From a virus (lineage: Duplodnaviria > Caudoviricetes), in IMG/VR virus record IMGVR_UViG_3300020043_004032, positions 1 through 26,271 of that record: a stretch of 26,271 nt of DNA; one strand, given 5' to 3'. A program made the position numbers and the translations under genes. This document shows, piece after piece, positions 1-6,381 of the stretch (position 1 is the stretch's first letter; every line of letters begins with the position of its first letter). The notes under the pieces were generated by a model. The model was not told the origin of the DNA. It did no database searches and was given only the letters and a program-made list of their open reading frames with translations.

Positions 1-2
1 GA

Positions 3-536
3 GTAAAAAAGGGATGGGATAATGAAAGACCGCAAATGGAATACTTCACTGAGTTATTCAGGGTTTCAAAGGAGCAAGTTATATGGGGTGGTAATTACTT
101 TGCCGATTTACTTCCAGCTTCACGGTGTTGGATTTATTGGCGTAAAGTAATGGGTGGTGATTTTGCTGATGGTGAACTTGCCTGGACTTCATTTGATAAA
201 GTTCTAAAGGAGTACACTAAGAGAAGTGAAACATTTGATAGGATACACCCGACTCAAAAACCTATTGAATTATACGACTGGCTTTATTTGAACTATGCTA
301 CTGCAGGAATGAAGATACTGGACACTCATTTAGGCTCAGGTTCAAATAGAATTGCCGCATATAAAAACCGCTTACACTTTGTCGGGTTTGAGATTGATGA
401 AGAATACTTTTATATGCAAGAGGGAAGATTCGAAAAGTTTCTACGTTCACCTACTCTTTTTAGTATTCCCCGTGCGGTGGGGGTTTTAAATTCAAATGCA
501 CCTACACTGAACTTTGAACAAAGCACAGAACTATGA
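3..536 (+). CDS. DNA methyltransferase, N6A/N4C beta class (5'-partial)
   Basis: Frame is open from base 3 (VKKGWDNERPQMEYF). Motifs include IWGGNYF, HPTQKP, ILDTHLGSGS (SAM-binding motif I) and GFEIDEEY. The catalytic DPPY motif would lie upstream of the window. The last ~22 codons lie in the repeat arm. Confidence 0.9.
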   Translation, partial: VKKGWDNERPQMEYFTELFRVSKEQVIWGGNYFADLLPASRCWIYWRKVMGGDFADGELAWTSFDKVLKEYTKRSETFDRIHPTQKPIELYDWLYLNYATAGMKILDTHLGSGSNRIAAYKNRLHFVGFEIDEEYFYMQEGRFEKFLRSPTLFSIPRAVGVLNSNAPTLNFEQSTEL

Positions 537-565
537 CGCAAATTTTATTACTCATACACGTTGTT
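470..565 (+). repeat. Cassette-like right arm 1 (CCGTGCGGTGGG ... CACTGAACTTT ... GTT)
   Basis: The 12-mer at 470-481 is identical to the reverse complement of 25894-25905. CACTG(A/C)ACTTT sits at +35 and GTT at +93 in both copies. Confidence 0.75.
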
Positions 566-666
566 ATGTGCAGTGTGACGGGCGCGGTGGCAAAAGGTGT
601 GAGCGTGGGCAAGTGCGTAGCTCCGCTGGAAACCTTTTATTGTGGGAGGAACATTGCACATAACAA
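561..666 (+). repeat. Hairpin spacer 1 (GTT..AAC)
   Basis: TTGTTATGTGCAGTGT (561-576) pairs with ACATTGCACATAACAA (651-666), 15/16 plus one G-T. Inner stems AAAAGGT/ACCTTTT and AGCG/CGCT. Confidence 0.85.
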
Positions 667-697
667 TTGGCTATAAGCCATAGAGCCGAAATTACGG

Positions 698-1297
698 CTA
701 TTTCAGCCTTTTTGAGATTACCCAAACAGCGAAAATAAGTATCCATCCGATCAGGATTCCGCCTACCACAGCCTCAAAATATCGGTTCTTAGGCTTTATG
801 TCGTTGTTGACTGCTACGGGTGCGTGAATAGTTCTGGTTACAATTAAAGGCTTTGTAGAGTGCTTTAGGAGTACTGGAATCCCTTTTTGCATCTTGACGG
901 AAATCTCTGTCAGGGTATCGGGTTTAAATGTATAGGTAGAGTCCTTTGCAAAGCCTGTGGCGAGCCTCTTCTTAACCCTGCTTAGTTCTGCGTTGGCTTT
1001 CTTTAACTCCTTAATATTAGGCTCTAATTCGCTTTTAAGGGATTGAATCTCATGCACCAGTGAATCGTTTAAATCTGACACATAGCGGAATGATTCAAAG
1101 TCGATCACGGCCCCAAAATCGAACTCTGCCGAATCTCCCGGAATCAGAACCTTAACAGGAATTTCTTTGAATACCGTGTCGGATTTTATAACGGCACCCA
1201 TTGAGATGGCTTTGTTAAGGTGGTACTTAGACCTCTTTAAGTGGTGGTTTACCCCACAAGAGGAAAGCAACAACGCGAAAATGCAAAAATATTTCAT
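698..1297 (-). CDS. Lipoprotein with C-terminal TM helix, candidate unimolecular spanin
   Basis: Start re-assigned to ATG 1297. MKYFCIFALLLSS|C is a lipobox and the C-terminus is hydrophobic (AVVGGILIGWILIFAVWVI-SKRLK). It lies at the distal end of the lysis module. Confidence 0.65.
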   Translation of the reverse strand: MKYFCIFALLLSSCGVNHHLKRSKYHLNKAISMGAVIKSDTVFKEIPVKVLIPGDSAEFDFGAVIDFESFRYVSDLNDSLVHEIQSLKSELEPNIKELKKANAELSRVKKRLATGFAKDSTYTFKPDTLTEISVKMQKGIPVLLKHSTKPLIVTRTIHAPVAVNNDIKPKNRYFEAVVGGILIGWILIFAVWVISKRLK

Positions 1298-1300
1298 GCC

Positions 1301-1330
1301 CAAAAGTAGCGATTTTAGCCTAATTTCAAA
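1301..1330 (-). promoter_or_regulatory. Bacteroidetes-type promoter for the spanin candidate
   Basis: Minus strand reads TTTG-N18-TACTTTTG-ggc-ATG, a perfect TAnnTTTG -7 element. Confidence 0.65.
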
Positions 1331-1379
1331 GGTTTTAAATATGTTTACTAAAATATTACACTTTTTTCGTAACAACCTA

Positions 1380-1414
1380 TTGACATTTACGTATTAAGTA
1401 GTATATTTACGTAA
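1380..1414 (+). promoter_or_regulatory. Moron promoter with tandem operator-like repeats
   Basis: TTG(ACA) at 1380 and TATATTTA at 1402 (near TAnnTTTG, 19-nt spacing). Direct repeat ATTTACGTA at 1385-1393 and 1405-1413. Confidence 0.55.
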
Positions 1415-1432
1415 GATTTAAACGCAAAAGCA

Positions 1433-1741
1433 ATGACAACTCAAGATTTAACCCAAAACAGAGACAGAATCATCAGGAAGATTCAGAGCCAAATGACTGG
1501 TGATGCCGCTGCACGTCAGTCTATGGTTAAGCCTGTTATGACTAAGATGGTTGCTTACCTTAACCGTGAAGATTATAAGTCAATGAAACCTACGATGGCA
1601 AACATTGATAAACTGACTTCGGTAGTAACGCTATCTTGGATTAAGTACGATTACAAACCATCAATGACTCAATCTGAGAAGGAAGCATTCGAAGACAGAA
1701 GAGAAGAAGCTAAACGTTCATCACATTCAACATTTTATTAA
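1433..1741 (+). CDS. Hypothetical protein (moron gene 1)
   Basis: 102-aa ORF directly downstream of the promoter, with an A-rich leader. No recognisable motif. Confidence 0.8.
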   Translation: MTTQDLTQNRDRIIRKIQSQMTGDAAARQSMVKPVMTKMVAYLNREDYKSMKPTMANIDKLTSVVTLSWIKYDYKPSMTQSEKEAFEDRREEAKRSSHSTFY

Positions 1742-1743
1742 TT

Positions 1744-2001
1744 ATGGAAAAGCCAAATTTCAACACAGAAACAGTGTCAAGTAATCATGATGATTTACTG
1801 ACGGGAGTAAAAACAAAAGTATTCTTATTACATAAGGATGATAAGGAATTATGGAAGCACCTTGATAATGTGGTATACACTGAGTTACCACATCAAAGCG
1901 GTAAACATCCTCAAGTAAGAGTCATAATTCCCTCGGGCCATAAGGCATACTCACACGGTCGAGTAATTCGTGACGGGCAACTTGTTTTCACTTATGAATA
2001 A
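1744..2001 (+). CDS. Hypothetical protein (moron gene 2)
   Basis: 85-aa ORF starting 2 nt after the gene 1 stop. Confidence 0.75.
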   Translation: MEKPNFNTETVSSNHDDLLTGVKTKVFLLHKDDKELWKHLDNVVYTELPHQSGKHPQVRVIIPSGHKAYSHGRVIRDGQLVFTYE

Positions 2002-2200
2002 AGTAATAGTAGTTAATTGGTCAGACGGTCGGGTAGAATGCTACTCGACCTTGACTTTATTCTTGCGTAAGAATCCTACTCCTAAGAGATCACGCGACAC
2101 AATCGACTACCATTTAACGCGTAAAAAGAGCGCTGGTAAGTATCAAGATGATCTTGTTACACTATATCGAGTTGAGGTAATAAGAGGTAAGCCACTTTAA
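1994..2200 (+). CDS. Small basic protein, possible DNA-binding regulator (moron gene 3)
   Basis: ATG 1994 overlaps the end of gene 2. 68 aa, Lys/Arg-rich, with a beta-beta-helix-helix-like pattern. Function is inferred only. Confidence 0.65.
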   Translation: MNKVIVVNWSDGRVECYSTLTLFLRKNPTPKRSRDTIDYHLTRKKSAGKYQDDLVTLYRVEVIRGKPL

Positions 2201-2214
2201 CCGGTGGCTTTTTT
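2189..2214 (+). terminator. Intrinsic terminator of the moron
   Basis: AAGCCAC/GTGGCTT stem followed by a T-run, between convergent genes. Confidence 0.8.
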
Positions 2215-2215
2215 A

Positions 2216-2602
2216 TTACACAATAGCGTAGCATATCAAAGTGATTATTAAAGCCAGAATTTTAGCCGGTAAATGTAGGTTTGGGTGGTTCTTAAAGAAC
2301 CTATCAATGTAGCCCGAATCACCCTCTTTCCGATCGTAATAAAGTAACGGCTTCTTTCTCAGGAAGTTTAAAACGATTTCAAAAACAAGCCAATAGGACG
2401 TAAGGTAAAATCCGAGTATGGCGTAATTTCTCAGGGCCACATGGTCGAACACAAAATAGCCGCCCTCTACGTCCATAAATAGACCAGCGTGAAGTATCAT
2501 TGAAATAGCCCTTAGTATGTTCACAACTAAATAAAACCTCTTTGGGCCTTTGTGGTCAAGCCAAGCGTTTAGTATTGGAACAATTAGGTAGGTTAGTATC
2601 AT
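2216..2602 (-). CDS. Hypothetical multi-pass membrane protein
   Basis: 128 aa with 3-4 hydrophobic segments, located in the lysis module. Confidence 0.75.
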   Translation of the reverse strand: MILTYLIVPILNAWLDHKGPKRFYLVVNILRAISMILHAGLFMDVEGGYFVFDHVALRNYAILGFYLTSYWLVFEIVLNFLRKKPLLYYDRKEGDSGYIDRFFKNHPNLHLPAKILALIITLICYAIV

Positions 2603-2760
2603 GGTAATTTTTTTAGATTCTCTATTTCATCTAAGGCTGCTTTTTCGGCCTCTTCTTTTGAGTAGTAACTATTACTTATAAATCCAACCCTTTCCCATCC
2701 TTCAGCTGCGTTATCTTTTTGAACGTGAATCTCAAACCTCTGAAAAACTATGCTTTGCAA
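2599..2760 (-). CDS. Small hypothetical protein (53 aa from TTG, start uncertain; not in ORF track)
   Basis: LQSIVFQRFEIHVQKDNAAEGWERVGFISNSYYSKEEAEKAALDEIENLKKLP*. It fills the gap, and its TGA overlaps the next ATG (ATGA). Confidence 0.55.
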   Translation of the reverse strand: MQSIVFQRFEIHVQKDNAAEGWERVGFISNSYYSKEEAEKAALDEIENLKKLP

Positions 2761-2775
2761 ATGAGATGTATTTTT

Positions 2776-3234
2776 TCATATAATCAAATGTTTATATTCC
2801 GGAATAGCCTCAAAGCATGGACATTGTTTAATAAATTCCCAAGGCTCAACAATCCCGTTTTTGTTCAAATCGGGCGAAAGATCGCGGTGGCCGACTATTC
2901 TGATAATCTTTCCGTAAGCCATTGATTCTTTTATACAATTCAGAATAGCCGCCTTTTGCGCCTCGGTGCGTGTGTCCTTTGGTTTGCTGTTTGAGTCCAG
3001 CCCGCCTTCGTAACATATCCCGATTGAGTTCTGGTTGTAGCCTTTGCCGGCATGCGCACCCACCTCGTCCAAAGTTCGGCCAATGTGTACGGTGCCATCT
3101 TTCCGAATGTAGTAGTGATAGCCACACTTTCTAAACCCTCTGGCCTTGTGGTCACGTATGCAGTTTTCAAAAGTATAGTCCTGATTTTCCCTTGTGGCCG
3201 AACAGTGTATTACGATTGTGTCAACGTGCCTCAT
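2776..3234 (-). CDS. Endolysin, T7-lysozyme-like N-acetylmuramoyl-L-alanine amidase (Amidase_2)
   Basis: Motifs IVIHCSAT, GYHYYI, GAHA, NSIGICYEGG, GHRDL and KQCPCF, giving the His/His/Cys Zn ligands. Confidence 0.95.
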   Translation of the reverse strand: MRHVDTIVIHCSATRENQDYTFENCIRDHKARGFRKCGYHYYIRKDGTVHIGRTLDEVGAHAGKGYNQNSIGICYEGGLDSNSKPKDTRTEAQKAAILNCIKESMAYGKIIRIVGHRDLSPDLNKNGIVEPWEFIKQCPCFEAIPEYKHLII

Positions 3235-3314
3235 TTGCTTTTTACGTTTAATTTGTTAAATTTTGCCGCAACAACTTACAATAACATCGTGGGAGGTTGA
3301 CCCACAAAGGCCGG

Positions 3315-3345
3315 AAAGGGGAAGTTAGTGGCTTCCCTTTTTTTT
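3315..3345 (+). terminator. Terminator-like hairpin oriented antisense to the lysis genes
   Basis: AAAGGGGAAG/CTTCCCTTT stem followed by T8 (3338-3345) on the plus strand. Confidence 0.6.
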
Positions 3346-3700
3346 ACAACTCCGGTATTTTTATCTTCGATTTTTCTGCCAGAAAGTGTACCAACTTGTG
3401 CGTGATCTCTGCTTGTTTTTTATCCTGCTCCCTGTTATACTTCATCTCTCTAAGCATATCTCTTACTTGCGCATTCATTTCAACGTGTTCTTTATCGTGC
3501 TGGTCGGCCCTGCTTATAAGTAGGTTTACTTTTTTCTGCTCAAACGTAATCATGGCTTCAAACTCTTCATTCCTAATTTTGTAAGCATAGTAAGCGTACT
3601 TTACCGTGTAGTAAGCAAGAACGCAAAACGCGATTACGAATAAGAGTAGTATCAATTGCGAACTACCCGTAAGCCAGATTTCACGAATGAGATCAATCAT
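3344..3700 (-). CDS. Single-TM plus coiled-coil protein, holin/antiholin candidate
   Basis: N-terminal TM (LILLLFVIAFCVLAYY) and a charged helical C-terminus. Immediately upstream of the endolysin. Confidence 0.55.
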   Translation of the reverse strand: MIDLIREIWLTGSSQLILLLFVIAFCVLAYYTVKYAYYAYKIRNEEFEAMITFEQKKVNLLISRADQHDKEHVEMNAQVRDMLREMKYNREQDKKQAEITHKLVHFLAEKSKIKIPEL

Positions 3701-3702
3701 AT

Positions 3703-4077
3703 CTATTCAGCTTTTTTAATTAAGTACTCCTTACCTTTATTTAACCATTTGTAGAACAACCATTGGCCACCGTAACCAAGTATAAACGATGCCAGAATTG
3801 ATGCCACCACAAAAGGAACGTCAATATCTATAATAGGCACGTGAACCATTGCGCTGTGCCATTGCGGAAAGTATGTGTTCAAAAGCAGGTGAAATGAAAC
3901 GTCTGTTACCAGAATTATTATCGAAATGAGTAGAGAACTCCATTCGTTTTCGATAAACAAATTGAATATCTCACGCGCTGATTTTTCAGGAACATGCTTA
4001 TCGAGGCCATAAACTGTTTGCCCAACGCTTGCGGCAATGCCTAAAGTCTGAAATAGAAAGATGAAAAAGTATTCCAT
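3703..4077 (-). CDS. Three-TM membrane protein, holin candidate
   Basis: Three hydrophobic helices and a basic C-terminal tail (KWLNKGKEYLIKKAE), in the lysis module. Confidence 0.6.
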   Translation of the reverse strand: MEYFFIFLFQTLGIAASVGQTVYGLDKHVPEKSAREIFNLFIENEWSSLLISIIILVTDVSFHLLLNTYFPQWHSAMVHVPIIDIDVPFVVASILASFILGYGGQWLFYKWLNKGKEYLIKKAE

Positions 4078-4087
4078 AAAAGTAAAG

Positions 4088-4834
4088 TTAGTTAAGTTTT
4101 ATTTCTTCATTACCAAACACGGCATAGATGGAGTTGCCACGCTTTACGATTTTACCTTCCTGCTCAACCGGAACTTCTACAGGCTTTGCCATGCTTACAA
4201 ACTCATCGTATATCTCCATGCGGCCGCACAACTGCAGCGGCCCCCAATGGTCGCCAGATGTCATGCGCTCATAGCGTGAGGGGTCGTAATTTGAAATACC
4301 GGTAACAAAATTGTCTGTGTTGACGGGATGCCCCAACGCATTAACTAATGGTACTCGGGTGTCGTTTAATGAGTGTGCAAGCCGGTAGGGAATTTTAAGA
4401 TTCGTTCCCTTCTCGCTTATCGCGCTGGCTAATCCTACAACCATAGTTGGCACGTGCTTTGGTTCCTGATTGGCGTACCTTAACGCACCACCACCACCTA
4501 AACTCCAGCCCATAAGCATAAACGGACGGCCCTGAAGAACCTCGTCTAAAAACTGGTTGATATACGAAATATCCCAATTTTTTGCAGGTAGTTGAGGAGT
4601 GAGTATCGTTAAATCAGTGCGCTTGAAAATATCAGGGTACTTCCATGTGTATGTTTGCCAGCCATTACGACCAAATGGCCCTTCGCTGAGTAACTTATGC
4701 AGGTCTGTTCCACTCTGGTCAACTCCATGAAGAAATACAACCACGTTCGGGCCTGTACCCCATTCCCAATAACCGATTCCTGAGCCGGTTTTCTTTTGGG
4801 TGAGTGTTACGCCTTGTAGTGTGTAGGTTACCAT
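4088..4834 (-). CDS. Alpha/beta hydrolase (esterase-like)
   Basis: VVFLHG oxyanion region, GWSLGG nucleophile elbow, HSLND (Asp) and GDHW (His). ATG 4834 overlaps the end of the upstream gene. Confidence 0.85.
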   Translation of the reverse strand: MVTYTLQGVTLTQKKTGSGIGYWEWGTGPNVVVFLHGVDQSGTDLHKLLSEGPFGRNGWQTYTWKYPDIFKRTDLTILTPQLPAKNWDISYINQFLDEVLQGRPFMLMGWSLGGGGALRYANQEPKHVPTMVVGLASAISEKGTNLKIPYRLAHSLNDTRVPLVNALGHPVNTDNFVTGISNYDPSRYERMTSGDHWGPLQLCGRMEIYDEFVSMAKPVEVPVEQEGKIVKRGNSIYAVFGNEEIKLN

Positions 4835-6381
4835 GCTGCTATAAGTGTTTCGAGTGCAGAATAAATTAAGGCCCGGTTTGCACTGTACCGGCATTGTACG
4901 AAGTATGAGTACTCCCCATTGTAAGGCAATGTTACCGAACCTGCATTTAACCGAACGCCACCTAATACCACTTCTTTAGCTACTAAAGCTGTTGGTACGT
5001 GATCTGCGATAGGGTTAAAATCAGTTGCGTTTATGGTGAAATGTAACTTTGTGCCATCACTACCAGCCCCGTAAAAAGTGTTATCGAGGAAAGCCGTTGC
5101 TCCATTGTAGCGAGATAAACTATTATTGTTGTTGTACCCGAATAAGTAATTAGTGTTGTGCTGCGCCAACTGTATTTTTCGTGTGGCATCTTCCGCTCCA
5201 AACATATAGGCCAACGTACCGGCTGCTGTCTTACCATCTTTCAATTTTGCACCCATAAACCAATCGTTCAGGCTTGCCTTAACCCATGATATTGAAGGAT
5301 CAATACTTAGCCTGAAATAATTTGTTGTTGAAGTTGTTTCAATATGCGAATCAACCGTGAACGTTCCTCCTTGCGGGATAGCCGTGTTTGTAAAACTCCA
5401 ATCAAAATAAATATTGTTGTTGTGTGAGGTTTTGAACATGTACAACGCGTCAATATTGTTGTACTGGTTTCCGATTGTATTAATAAAGTTATTTATCAGC
5501 GTCTTTCTCTCGGGGCTTATTTCGTCATAATGGTTTGAAATAATTGCCCTTGCGTTTTTAGAGTACGATTTGTTCATCAGGCTTCTATTAAAAAGCAGGC
5601 CCAGGTAGTCGTAACCAGCTGTTGAAGGATGTAAACCGTCTCCACTATACAACCCCCACGAGCTTGCATTCATAAATGAAGCACCAAAATGCAGGTACGG
5701 TCGGTTCTCCACTTCTGTTCTGTAGAATCCCCGTATCCGAGACACACGATCTTTTGGAATAGCAGAAAAAGACTGACCTAATCCTTCGATCAAAATTTCA
5801 GTATCAGGAAATGCGGTATTGATAGCATTAAGTAAATTGGTTAAACCCGATTCAACCAACGACAAATTAAACGGTGCGTTACCCGATACGTTTGTGCTCG
5901 CATCGTTAATGCCTATCACCAGAATAATAGCTTCAAGTTTTGTCAGCCCTTGCTCGGTTAAAAACGCATTTGCTTTTGCGAACGCTTCACTTCTTAACAC
6001 ATCGCTATCCCCCCAATGCCTTACGGTTGCATCTCCATAAATATACGAACCTGATAAACCAGAAGGTATTATAACAGGCTTGTAACCAGTAGAGAGATGA
6101 TACTGGTATGCGAAGTTGCTTGCTGTGGTGTAATTAACTGTTGCCGTTGTGGTAAATTCGTAACAAATATTTGAAGGTACCGTTACTGTTTTTGCCGATA
6201 GTCCTAAACTTTTACTATCGCCAATAATCAGAAATCCTTGCTTGCCATCGGCTGTAGTTGTAGCGGGGTCGCGGGTTGACCCGCTGGAGTTAATAACCGT
6301 AAACAATCTTTTTTTGTCAGCCTGTGGAAACAGGTCGCAAGAAAAAAGTAAAAGAGAAAGTAGTAATAATTGCGTTTTCAT
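4828..6381 (-). CDS. SGNH/GDSL esterase domain plus C-terminal beta-rich domain, with signal peptide; probable tail-associated protein
   Basis: SGNH blocks IIGDS, GLSGS, IGIND and DGLHP. ATG 6381 makes an ATGA overlap with the fibre stop. N-terminus MKTQLLLLSLLLFSC. Confidence 0.82.
   Translation of the reverse strand: MKTQLLLLSLLLFSCDLFPQADKKRLFTVINSSGSTRDPATTTADGKQGFLIIGDSKSLGLSAKTVTVPSNICYEFTTTATVNYTTASNFAYQYHLSTGYKPVIIPSGLSGSYIYGDATVRHWGDSDVLRSEAFAKANAFLTEQGLTKLEAIILVIGINDASTNVSGNAPFNLSLVESGLTNLLNAINTAFPDTEILIEGLGQSFSAIPKDRVSRIRGFYRTEVENRPYLHFGASFMNASSWGLYSGDGLHPSTAGYDYLGLLFNRSLMNKSYSKNARAIISNHYDEISPERKTLINNFINTIGNQYNNIDALYMFKTSHNNNIYFDWSFTNTAIPQGGTFTVDSHIETTSTTNYFRLSIDPSISWVKASLNDWFMGAKLKDGKTAAGTLAYMFGAEDATRKIQLAQHNTNYLFGYNNNNSLSRYNGATAFLDNTFYGAGSDGTKLHFTINATDFNPIADHVPTALVAKEVVLGGVRLNAGSVTLPYNGEYSYFVQCRYSANRALIYSALETLIAAW

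Noticed and set aside
470-481. GTGCG in the right-arm border resembles the group II intron 5' end (GUGYG)
   Set aside because: Only a 5-mer. No domain V/VI, no reverse transcriptase and no intron-length sequence is visible.
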